Assembly (NCBI GenBank): GCA_010672425.1
Contig: JAAHGR010000028.1
Span: 3,260-67,259 of the forward strand
From: Symploca sp. SIO2E6
GTDB taxonomy: Bacteria; Cyanobacteriota; Cyanobacteriia; Cyanobacteriales; Coleofasciculaceae
Length of the DNA stretch: 64,000 bases
Direction: 5' to 3'
The notes under the pieces are model-generated. The model worked only from the letters and a program-made list of their open reading frames with translations. It was not told the origin of the DNA and did no database searches. Both the position numbers and the translations under genes were made by a program. This document shows positions 45,507 through 54,438 of this stretch, in pieces (the stretch's first letter is position 1; each line of letters begins with the position of its first letter).

Positions 45507-47882
45507 TCAGCTAGCCAAACTCCCTGCCATCTCCAACCGCTGCTGCAATCTGGTATGGCGTTGCTGTCTTTCACCAGAGTTCACCGCGATGCCAATTACC
45601 TTCTTTGCCCCAATGACAATCGCCAGCTTCTTAGCGCGAGTAAGTCCTGTGTAGAGCAGGTGGCGAGAGAGCATCAGATAGTGCTGCATGTACAGAGGCA
45701 AAATAACCACCGGATACTCCGAGCCTTGGCTTTTGTGGATAGTTACCGCCCAGGCTAGGGTAATCTCATTGAGGTCAGCGTAGTCATAACTCACATTTCT
45801 CTGGTCATACTGCACACTTACCTCCTGCTCTGTGGTATCAATCTTGGTAATTGTGCCCAAATCCCCGTTGAAGACCTCCCGCTGATAGTCATTGGTTTGT
45901 TGTATCACGCGATCGCCAACTCTCAAGAGCATCCCACCTCTTTGAATCTCAGTCTTATCAGGACTTATGGGATTTACGAGCTGCTGCAAAACTTGGTTGA
46001 GGTTGCGAGTCCCCACCAACCCTCTGGTCATAGGGCAAAGCACTTGAACATCTGTGGCGGGATTAAAGCCCAATTTGGGAATCAGCTCTCTAATCAACTC
46101 CCCAATTACCTGCACCCCATGCTCAGGCTGATGTCCGCCCCCGTGCCAGAGGCAGTCAGAGCGGGGTGTGTCGGAAATGCGTTCAATTGTCGGATACTGA
46201 CCCCGATTGATGTGATGAGCTGCTGCAATAATGGCGCTTTGGGCTGCTTGGCGAAAGACTTGGGTTAGGCGCACTACAGGCACTCGCTTGGAGTTAATTA
46301 AATCCTGCAATACCTTCCCTGCTCCAACCGAGGGCAGTTGGTCAATGTCTCCCACCAGCAGAAGTTGAGCATCTGGCGGCAGAGCTTTTACCAAAGAGTT
46401 GGCTAAAAACATATCCAGCATACTGGCTTCATCCACCACAATCGCCTGATGGGGCAGAGGGTTATCAATGCCGCGCTTAAAATCCATTGTTCTGGGGTCA
46501 AACTCCAACAGCCGGTGCAGGGTTTTTGCTTCTAGCCCTGTCATCTCAGCAAGCCTCTGTGCAGCGCGTCCTGTGGGTGCAGCCAAGGCAATGGATTTGC
46601 CCATTGCTTTCCACAACGAGACAATGGTGTGGGTGGTGAAGGTCTTGCCACAGCCAGGACCTCCTGTAAGAACCATGATTCTTGAATAAGCCGCCATCTC
46701 CACCGCCTGTTGTTGCTGGTGGGAGAGAGCTATACCCCGACTCTCGGTAAACCGTTCAATCCAGTTTCTCACACGGGGTAAATCAGCCGCGACGGGTTGG
46801 CTTAAGTGCTGACTTAGCCGTTGTGCCAAGTTCATCTCGGTGTAGTAGAAGGAGGGCTTGTAGCACAGGAGCATCCCTTCTTCAGATGCATCAACAATTA
46901 ACTCCTTCTGCTCTACCATGTCCTTGGCAACATCAACCACCGTCTCAGGTTGGGCTTGGTACTCTTCTGTCGAAAGCTGCTTTGCGCTCAAGTTCACCAA
47001 AAGCGGTTGTGGCAAGCAGCTATGTCCCTCCTCTGCCGCCTCACCTAGAACGTGCAAAATACCCGCCTGATAGCGGAACTTGGAGCTAAGGGGAATACCC
47101 AAATTTTGTGCAATCTTGTCAGCCGTGAGAAAGCCAATGCCATAAATATCAACGGCTAATTGGTAGGGGTTATTTTGAACGGTGGCTATCGCCCCATCAC
47201 CATATTGCTTATAAATTTTGACTGCATAGGTGGTGGAAACTCCATGCCCCTGCAAAAACACCATCACCTCTTTGATGGCTTTTTGGGTCTCCCAAGCATT
47301 TTGAATCATCTCGACTCGCTTGTGAGCTATTCCTGGAACTTCCAGCAGACGTTCAATATGGTTTTCTATGACATCAAGAGTGGTGAGTCCAAAATGGGCT
47401 ACAATTCGCTTGGCGGTGACAGCTCCAACACCCTTAATCAGACCACTGCCCAAATATTTCTCAATTCCTGTGAGGGTAGCAGGTTTGGTTTCAATGTATT
47501 TGCTAACCTGGAACTGAGAGCCGTATTGGGGATGCTCTCGCCAAAAGCCTGTCAGTTGAAGCGTCTGTCCAGGCTGGATATTGGCGAAGCTGCCGACAAT
47601 GGTTGTCAGCTCTTTGGCTTTGGGGCGCATCAAACGCGCAACGGTATAGCCTGACTCCTCCGAATAGAAAGTCAAACGCTCCACAACTCCGGTGAGCGTT
47701 TCATATTGGGGAGAGGCGAATGGAGGTTGGTTCGTTGATGTGGACAAGAGTTCTGCCAGTTGCAGGTAGAAAATCTGTGCTTCACTTCTCAGTTTACAGT
47801 TCTTATCTACTGTATAAAGTAGATGAAATAGGCGATCGCCGTCCGTTTCTGTACGAAATCGTAGCTCTTGATTCAAGGGCAA
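45507..47882 (-). CDS. RecD2-type SF1 DNA helicase
   Basis: LTGGPGCGKTF, VVDEASMLD, LVGDIDQLPSVGAG, VFRQ, TIHKSQGSEYPVV. N-terminal helix-hairpin-helix region. Confidence 0.85.
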   Translation of the reverse strand: MPLNQELRFRTETDGDRLFHLLYTVDKNCKLRSEAQIFYLQLAELLSTSTNQPPFASPQYETLTGVVERLTFYSEESGYTVARLMRPKAKELTTIVGSFANIQPGQTLQLTGFWREHPQYGSQFQVSKYIETKPATLTGIEKYLGSGLIKGVGAVTAKRIVAHFGLTTLDVIENHIERLLEVPGIAHKRVEMIQNAWETQKAIKEVMVFLQGHGVSTTYAVKIYKQYGDGAIATVQNNPYQLAVDIYGIGFLTADKIAQNLGIPLSSKFRYQAGILHVLGEAAEEGHSCLPQPLLVNLSAKQLSTEEYQAQPETVVDVAKDMVEQKELIVDASEEGMLLCYKPSFYYTEMNLAQRLSQHLSQPVAADLPRVRNWIERFTESRGIALSHQQQQAVEMAAYSRIMVLTGGPGCGKTFTTHTIVSLWKAMGKSIALAAPTGRAAQRLAEMTGLEAKTLHRLLEFDPRTMDFKRGIDNPLPHQAIVVDEASMLDMFLANSLVKALPPDAQLLLVGDIDQLPSVGAGKVLQDLINSKRVPVVRLTQVFRQAAQSAIIAAAHHINRGQYPTIERISDTPRSDCLWHGGGHQPEHGVQVIGELIRELIPKLGFNPATDVQVLCPMTRGLVGTRNLNQVLQQLVNPISPDKTEIQRGGMLLRVGDRVIQQTNDYQREVFNGDLGTITKIDTTEQEVSVQYDQRNVSYDYADLNEITLAWAVTIHKSQGSEYPVVILPLYMQHYLMLSRHLLYTGLTRAKKLAIVIGAKKVIGIAVNSGERQQRHTRLQQRLEMAGSLAS

Positions 47883-48784
47883 AGAGTCAGCATTGATTCA
47901 TCTTGCCAAATTGCCAGCTCGTCAGCACTGAGGACTTTCTTCCTCATCTGGCAGAGGTCTTCCAAGACAGGTTCTACTGCTGAGAACTTGAAATATTCAG
48001 TTAGCGACCCAATTGGGTGATTAAATGCTCGATAGCGGTGCTTAAAGTACAGTTCTACGTTTCCCCGATGCTCCCAAGTGCCTAACACCTGAATCTCAAT
48101 GTGTCGGTAATGCTTGAGCAAATCCCGCTCCACCTCCGCCACCCGTTCAAAGATTGAGCGTCGTGTTACCCCGATTTTGTGCAGCGTTTCACGGTCGGTC
48201 TTTACCTGAAGAAAGTACAACCTCAACTGGAGGATACGCCTGAATTGAGCGCGGTAGAGCTTAAAATCAGCCAGTCGTTGTTCGAGGGATGAGGAGTTAA
48301 GAATTTGAGCGCGTTCGGCTGCTCCTTTGAGCTTTGCTAGCTCCTCCAACAGCAAGGGTTTTTGCACTTGGTTAAACTGCGCCAGAGGCAGTGCCCCCAC
48401 AGGAATTTTGCTCAGAGGGGTGAAATCGTAACCATCTTGTTGGCTGTTCCAGACAAACAACTTTCGCAGAACCAGCCGAAAAGGCACAAAGGGAATGGAA
48501 TAGTCAGTGTTTCCATACTCTCGCCAGAGCTGCTTTAACTGCTGCAACTCTTTGCCCGATAGACGAATGTTGAAGTTGTCATACAGTGGCAGAGTGGGGA
48601 AGCTGCGATTGGCAACCGGATAGCAGGTCTCTTCGGTATGAGCAAAGTGATGGGCTTTGATTTTGCCCTTCTTGGCAGTCAAGGAGCCCCCACAGTAGAT
48701 GCAGGTTAAATCGGTTTTACCACTTGGGACATCTTCAATCGCAACCAGGTTGTTATCAGCATCGACACCAAACTTAAGCCACAT
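47873..48784 (-). CDS. CoiA-like zinc-finger N-terminus plus T5orf172/GIY-YIG-superfamily domain protein
   Basis: CIYCGGSLTAKKGKIKAHHFAH (CoiA-like). LHKIGVTRRSIFERVAEVERDL...LTEYFKF (T5orf172-like). 10-nt overlap with the helicase gene. Confidence 0.55.
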   Translation of the reverse strand: MWLKFGVDADNNLVAIEDVPSGKTDLTCIYCGGSLTAKKGKIKAHHFAHTEETCYPVANRSFPTLPLYDNFNIRLSGKELQQLKQLWREYGNTDYSIPFVPFRLVLRKLFVWNSQQDGYDFTPLSKIPVGALPLAQFNQVQKPLLLEELAKLKGAAERAQILNSSSLEQRLADFKLYRAQFRRILQLRLYFLQVKTDRETLHKIGVTRRSIFERVAEVERDLLKHYRHIEIQVLGTWEHRGNVELYFKHRYRAFNHPIGSLTEYFKFSAVEPVLEDLCQMRKKVLSADELAIWQDESMLTLCP

Positions 48785-49006
48785 CTGAGGTTTGAAAACT
48801 TCCTAATAGTTCTTTTTCTCCAGTGTGCCTATTTTGTTGATAAGAAAAAATGCGAGGGGGTGGTGGATTGGTTGGGGGAGAGTTGTAAGTCTTAAGTTTC
48901 CTTACCCCAAGCAACTGTGCTTTGGGCGCGACTGAGCGACGAGTTCTGCTACCTTTCGGGAGAATAAATACAAAATCTGACTGAAGACCACTTGAAATGT
49001 TTTTCT

Positions 49007-49030
49007 CTTGGTCATAACGTTATGACCAAG
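49007..49030. promoter_or_regulatory. Perfect 24-bp palindrome upstream of parA (parS/operator candidate)
   Basis: cttggtcataac gttatgaccaag. Confidence 0.6.
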
Positions 49031-49078
49031 CCTCGGAAGCTTTATAGTATCTCAACTTATTTACGCAAATAAAAGACA

Positions 49079-49735
49079 ATGACTTCCAATGAAAGCAGAA
49101 AACCCATAACTATCGGCTTCGTCAACCAAAAAGGAGGCGTAGGGAAGACAACACTAGCTGTCCACTGTGCATATTGGTTGAGCCAACGTGGTTCTGTGAT
49201 TGTGATCGATGCTGATGCCCAACAGAGCAGCTCAAATTGGCTCAAAGATCTAAATCTTCCTTGTAAAGTAATCAACGACCCAGAAGATATTTTGGATATA
49301 CTCTCAGTTTTACCAGAGAAGTATGATGCTGTCGTAGTAGATGGACCAGGTGGAATGAGCGAAGTGACCAAAGCAATTCTCTACGGAGTTGATGTAGCTT
49401 TGGTGCCATGCAAGCCCTCGGCTTTGGACACTCACAGCAGTAGCCGAATTATTCGTATGATTAGACAATCTCAGAAGATACGAGGCGGTAAACCTAAAGC
49501 TGCCATGTTTCTGAATCAAGCGGTAAAGGGAACTCTCCTCCTGCGCGACTCAAAGGAGATGCTTAAACATTTTGGTTTTCCTTACCTCAATAGCGTTATT
49601 TATAATCGACAGGTTATATGTGATGCCCCAGGACAAGGCGCAACAGTCTGGGGGCTTTCTGGCACTGCTGCACAAGCTGCTAATAAGGATTTTGAGGGAA
49701 TTTTTCGAGAAGTCATGGAGTTTGCCCATGAGTAA
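49079..49735 (+). CDS. parA: ParA partition ATPase
   Basis: Deviant Walker A NQKGGVGKTT. Size and context. Confidence 0.85.
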   Translation: MTSNESRKPITIGFVNQKGGVGKTTLAVHCAYWLSQRGSVIVIDADAQQSSSNWLKDLNLPCKVINDPEDILDILSVLPEKYDAVVVDGPGGMSEVTKAILYGVDVALVPCKPSALDTHSSSRIIRMIRQSQKIRGGKPKAAMFLNQAVKGTLLLRDSKEMLKHFGFPYLNSVIYNRQVICDAPGQGATVWGLSGTAAQAANKDFEGIFREVMEFAHE

Positions 49736-50660
49736 GAACAGAAGATCGTTGGTTGACTTTACCTTTCGTGCTGACACTGAGGCAGGAGCAATTATCCCCT
49801 TAGAACTGATTCATCTACCGGAGCAACAACCGCGACGGTACTTTGATCAGGAAAAGCTTGAGCAGCTTACTGAGTCGGTCAAAGAACATGGCATTTTAGA
49901 GCCTCTACTTGTCCGTCCTCATCCACATAACAAAAGTGGATACGAGCTGGTAGCCGGAGAACGTCGCTATCGAGCAGCTCAAGCAGCAGGTCTTAGTGAA
50001 GTGCCAGTTGTTGTAAGAAACTTCAACGACCAAGAAGCACTGCAAGTAGCCATCATAGAAAATCTTCAGCGCGAAGACCTCAATCCGATTGAAGAGGTTG
50101 AAGGCATCCTACAAATTTTGGCGATAGAACTCAATGTTGAAGTGCAGGAAGTGTCTCCCCTTCTCTATCGGCTAAGACACAGCGTTGGTCTAGTGGAGAG
50201 CGATGCCAATGGTGATAACGCCACTGGTCATAACGTTATGAGCAAGGAGTTAAGCCAGGTAGAGAAAGTATTTCGGGGATTGGGAATGTCATGGCAGTCT
50301 TTTGCTACAAATAGACTCCCCCTCCTCCACTTGCCAGAGGAGCTTCTTGAGGCTCTAAGAGTTGGAAAAGTAGCTTACACCAAAGCACAAGCTATCTCTC
50401 GAATTAAAGAAGAGAAGCTCAGAAAATCCCTTTTAGAAGAGGTGATTAGCAAAAAACTGTCTCTGCAAGAGATTAGAAAGCGTGTGAAGGAGTGCAATTC
50501 AAGCCAAAAGGAATCGGAAAATAAGCAGCAGAGCTTTAAGAGAAGGCTGGATGAGACCCTTCGTCAAGCTAAAAAAGTGAAAGTCTGGGAGAACCCGCAA
50601 AGATGGAAAAAGGTGGAAAAAGCCTTAGCTCACTTAGAGTCTTTGCTGGAGGAAGAGTAA
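49728..50660 (+). CDS. parB: ParB/Spo0J partition protein
   Basis: GILEPLLVRP...ELVAGERRYRAAQAAGL...IENLQREDLNPIEE. ATGA overlap with parA. Confidence 0.85.
   Translation: MSKNRRSLVDFTFRADTEAGAIIPLELIHLPEQQPRRYFDQEKLEQLTESVKEHGILEPLLVRPHPHNKSGYELVAGERRYRAAQAAGLSEVPVVVRNFNDQEALQVAIIENLQREDLNPIEEVEGILQILAIELNVEVQEVSPLLYRLRHSVGLVESDANGDNATGHNVMSKELSQVEKVFRGLGMSWQSFATNRLPLLHLPEELLEALRVGKVAYTKAQAISRIKEEKLRKSLLEEVISKKLSLQEIRKRVKECNSSQKESENKQQSFKRRLDETLRQAKKVKVWENPQRWKKVEKALAHLESLLEEE
50224..50246. repeat. Second near-copy of the parA-upstream palindrome, inside parB
   Basis: ctggtcataacgttatgagcaag versus cttggtcataacgttatgaccaag. Confidence 0.55.
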
Positions 50661-50687
50661 CTGCATATGTAGTTAAATGAGTGAAAA

Positions 50688-51740
50688 ATGGACAAGAAGA
50701 AGCCTTCATCCAGTGATATGCAGCTAAAGCTGTTTTCAGCAATCTTTACTGATATCGCAACTCGTGACATGCAAGAAACGATGGAGGTTCCCTTCCTAAG
50801 TCTTTCCAAAAAACCTCGCTTTACACCAATAAATTACAGCAGCAACGGTGTAAAAGTCATAGTCAGTGGAGGTGAACCGTATGGAATTGCCAACATCTGG
50901 GATTGGGATTTGATTATGTGGCTTCTGTCCCAGATTCGCCAAGCACTAGATGTTGGTGAACCCATCTCAAGAAAAATACGCTTCAGCCGTCGAGCTTTTC
51001 TCAAAGAGGCACGTCGAGATGTTGGTGGTGCTCAATATGAAAGATTTGAGAAATGTATTGCCCGACTAAAAAACACAACGGTCACTACCACCATTAGAGC
51101 GCGAAAAGGCAAGACAGTTATGTTCAATTGGATTGAGTATGTAGAGATTGAACGGGATAAAGACGGATATCTCCAAAGTGCGGTTGTTACTCTTCCTGAA
51201 TGGCTCTTTGAGGCGGTCTGTGAGCGTCAACTTATCCTTTCAATTCACAAAGACTATTTCTTGCTAACTGGTGGTCTCCAACGTTGGCTGTACCGTTTTG
51301 TCCGCAAGCAAGCGGGTAATAATCGAGCAGGTTGGAATTGGAAACTGAGGACTCTCCATGAACGCTCTGGAAGTCTTCAACGCTATTCGGATTTTGTTGG
51401 AGATATTCGCAAAATTGTTAGTAAAAAGCAACTTCTTGACTATAAGTTAGACATCTTTACAAGAAGTAAAGAGTACTTTCTCCACGCTCAAAGAGTGTTC
51501 GCCCCAGAAAAGAAGGCATATGAAGTAGAAGTCACCCCACCTCGACTAGTCAATTTTCTCTCACTTAAGACAACAACCTATGAAAAAGCCAAGCAAATAG
51601 CACCTGGATACGATATCTACGCTTTAGAAGATGATTGGCGAAAAGCAACTGTAAATAACGGTATCAAACTCAAAGATCCAGATGCGGCGTTCTTAGCATG
51701 GTGTAAAAAAGTTGCTCAGAGGAATCCCCTTTGTTCTTAA
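50688..51740 (+). CDS. repA: Replication initiator protein A (RPA family RepA)
   Basis: MEVPFLSLSKKPRFTPINY...YGIANIWDWDLIMWLLSQI pattern of RPA-type initiators. Iterons immediately downstream. Confidence 0.75.
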   Translation: MDKKKPSSSDMQLKLFSAIFTDIATRDMQETMEVPFLSLSKKPRFTPINYSSNGVKVIVSGGEPYGIANIWDWDLIMWLLSQIRQALDVGEPISRKIRFSRRAFLKEARRDVGGAQYERFEKCIARLKNTTVTTTIRARKGKTVMFNWIEYVEIERDKDGYLQSAVVTLPEWLFEAVCERQLILSIHKDYFLLTGGLQRWLYRFVRKQAGNNRAGWNWKLRTLHERSGSLQRYSDFVGDIRKIVSKKQLLDYKLDIFTRSKEYFLHAQRVFAPEKKAYEVEVTPPRLVNFLSLKTTTYEKAKQIAPGYDIYALEDDWRKATVNNGIKLKDPDAAFLAWCKKVAQRNPLCS

Positions 51741-51775
51741 AATCCTTAGAGACAGCCTCAAAGACAGGTGACAAG

Positions 51776-52236
51776 CACGGTCTATTACCCGTATATGCCA
51801 TCGGTTTATCCAGAGCTTGAACAGATTTTACGATATTGACATGGCTTTAGCTCTCAGGTTGAGAGAGTGATTTCAACTTTAATAGATGTCTAGTCTCTAT
51901 AATCCTTTCGGATACTTAACTGCTTTCCCATGAGAAAGCAACTTAATGTCAAATCACGACGGTCTATTACCCGCAGAGCCACGGTCTATTAACGGTATAA
52001 GTACGGTCTATTACCCGCAGAGCCACGGTCTATTACCCGCAGAGGTTTCCAGATACTTCAAACATAATCAGATGGTTAGAGGACTTTTGCCGCCCCTAAA
52101 CTCTATCTAAACGTTATTAAACATCTATTAAACGAAGCGTTTCGTTAGATTTTTATTTGAATTAAGAAAGATTTTATTACGGCTAGGTATTTTGATGTAG
52201 TCGGTTAGGCTCTATTCGGCACGGTCTATTACCCGC
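51776..52236. repeat. Iteron array / oriV candidate
   Basis: acggtctattacccg(cagagc) at 51777, 51959, 51981 (degenerate), 52003, 52025 and 52221. The four central copies are spaced exactly 22 bp apart. An AT-rich stretch at 52080-52200 lies between them. Confidence 0.8.
51806..51814 (+). promoter_or_regulatory. DnaA-box-like 9-mer
   Basis: ttatccaga, one mismatch from TTATCCACA. Confidence 0.3.
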
Positions 52237-52738
52237 ACGGCGTTGGTAGAGAAAGATTTACAACGTGTCCACCACTAGACCGAGCAGCTCTTTCAACAAA
52301 GCTACTTGATAAAGGGATTTCGAGATGTAGGTAGGGTAAAAAAAAGAGAGAGTCACGGGAAGTGGCTCTCGGCTTATCAGGGTGCATCTACTTAACTCAA
52401 GATTAACGCATAGGGGTGAGGGGTGTCACCCCCTATTGAGATTTTTTTTCCCACCAATGCTTAATTGACTGCCATGTAACCGTTTCACAGCAACATTTAC
52501 AAGGTTTCCAGCAGGTATACGGGGGCGGCAAATGCTCTGTTGTTCTACAGGTGACGATTACAAATCATAATGTTCCACACTTTTTGGCAATTTACTATAA
52601 AGAGAGAAGGGGATTGTGATAACACATTGAATCAGCTCGACAATCTGTTATCAAACAAAGCTCTAAGCCAGGAATCTGCAAGGCTTTAGCTGTGGAACAA
52701 GCATGTTTTTTAGCGCCAAATTAGGATGGATGTGATAG

Positions 52739-53476
52739 TTGTCTGTTATGGAACTATCACACTGTCTGCAACAGGAGGTCTTGCAGCTCTATCATTCAAA
52801 AGTCCCCACCCCTGAGATATGCCAGAGGTTAGGGCTTAATGCCGAGACAGTTGTTGCCCTTATCACCAATGCTCTCTTAGGAGTCTCAAGCGGCGGCAGG
52901 AGGCGACTGGAGAAGCGTCCCGTTGGACGACCACGGAAGAAACTGAGTGAGGATGAGGTGAGCAGTCTGCTCTCCCTCCTGTGTCGCCCTGCCAGCGAAT
53001 ATGGCTACCACAGCCCGCTCTGGACGCCACAGCGGGTAATAAAGAGCGTAGGGGAAGAGCTAGGGCTACCCCTCAAGAAAGACACCGTATGGGCGAACCT
53101 CAAGCGTTGGGGGATGAGCTTTGATGAGCAACTACACCGGTGTCTTGGTGGCAGAGGCATACCTGTTGAATGTACCGAGCTATTCAAGAAGAAGAGGGGA
53201 CTGCTGTACGTTGTTACAGAATATCAGGTAAAGTCGCTTGGAATTGTAGCTCTGGTTGGTTTAACCCCCTCAAAAAAAACCCCGCTTGCCTGTGCTGTCT
53301 GGCAACGCCATCGGATCATGACAGATTTAGTAAAATATTTCTTGAGGGGACTCTTGACGCTGCACCCAGAACGGCATTTGGCTGTACTGATGAAGCATAA
53401 ATCAGCATACCGTACCCAAAGGTTAGAGCAGCTAGCATCTTACCAGAGGCGATTGCATCTGTTTTTAGTTGATTGA
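52739..53476 (+). pseudogene. IS630-family transposase-derived ORF lacking recognisable DDE residues
   Basis: N-terminal HTH and GRPRKKLSEDE...WTPQRV pattern of IS630 transposases. The C-terminal region is short with no clear DDE triad. Confidence 0.4.
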
Positions 53477-53509
53477 GGGGTTCCCATTGCGTTGGAGGAA
53501 TTTTTAATT

Positions 53510-53734
53510 ATGGGGCAGTACTATAAATTTGTTAATGCAACGAAGAGGTCAGAATCAACGATTCCGCTTCCCTTCAATTTTAATATGCCGTGGGCTAAGA
53601 GTTTAGAGAGATACTCAAGGGAAGAGCTTAGAGAAAAATTTGATTTTGTAATTCAAAACAACAATTGGAGCCAAGAGGATGAGGTTATGGCTATAGGCGA
53701 TTATGGAACTATTTTTTATTATCCCAAAGATTGA
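53510..53734 (+). CDS. Hypothetical small protein
   Basis: GGAGG Shine-Dalgarno 10 nt before the ATG at 53510. Confidence 0.4.
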   Translation: MGQYYKFVNATKRSESTIPLPFNFNMPWAKSLERYSREELREKFDFVIQNNNWSQEDEVMAIGDYGTIFYYPKD

Positions 53735-53817
53735 GCTTTGACCAAAGAGTACACGGAAACAGGAGCAGTTTTCTCTATTTTTCGTACAATGCTCTCACAC
53801 CCGATACATCTTGTGAT

Positions 53818-54065
53818 GTAGACAGCAGATTGCAAAACCGCTTGATATCACTGGGTTTTTAACGTCTAAAATTTGTTCTGAATTTGTCTACATTTGTAGT
53901 TTGCTGTTAAAAAAGCGTCTACCCGTTGTCTACATTTTAAATTTATCCGTCTACACTTTGTCTGCAATTTCTCCTGATAATTACTATTTTGGTCAACGCT
54001 CTTGTGCCTTTTTGTTGGATAACTTAGTAATTTAATTATCATAGGGAGAAAATTCCCCCGTCTAC
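53818..54065. promoter_or_regulatory. oriT / relaxosome-binding region candidate with GTCTAC repeats
   Basis: gtctac at 53886, 53917, 53928, 53949 and 54060. Inverted copy gtagac at 53818. Variants cgtcta at 53863 and gtctgc at 53960. Immediately upstream of the RHH and relaxase genes. Confidence 0.5.
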
Positions 54066-54087
54066 CGTCTTTTCTGAGAGGCTGTCA

Positions 54088-54438
54088 ATGAAAAGAAAGA
54101 GTGAATCCATTAGCTTTCGCCTTCCAGGTCACTATTTGACGAAACTTGAAAGTAGAGCAGCCTCCATGAATTTTGCAAGCAAAGACCTTTGTGCCAAGCA
54201 ACTTGCCATAGAAGGGCTTGAGGAGACAAAGATGAGGGAGCTGCACTATAGGCTGGCTAGCTTTGAGCAAAAATTGGAAGTGCTAGAAAAGCACATTGAA
54301 CAAGTGCCAAAGAAGTTAGCCCAGGTCTTATATTTTGTCTTAAGTGAAGTAAGCGGAATAAAGGAAGAAGATGCGGCCAAGATAGCCAATCATGTAGCAC
54401 CTGGCACTATTACATTTCCCAGCAGCATGAGGCAGTAA
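54088..54438 (+). CDS. Ribbon-helix-helix relaxosome accessory protein (MobC/TraY-like role)
   Basis: ESISFRLPGHYLTKLESRAAS...DLCAKQLAIEGL RHH pattern. TAATG overlap with the relaxase. Confidence 0.5.
   Translation: MKRKSESISFRLPGHYLTKLESRAASMNFASKDLCAKQLAIEGLEETKMRELHYRLASFEQKLEVLEKHIEQVPKKLAQVLYFVLSEVSGIKEEDAAKIANHVAPGTITFPSSMRQ

Noticed and set aside
47160-47654. 164-aa plus-strand ORF inside the RecD2-like gene
   Set aside because: It is antisense to a helicase with a complete motif set and has no recognisable features.
51959-52044. Tandem 22-bp repeats considered as a possible mini CRISPR array
   Set aside because: The repeats are directly abutting with no unique spacers and lie next to repA. 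They are iterons.
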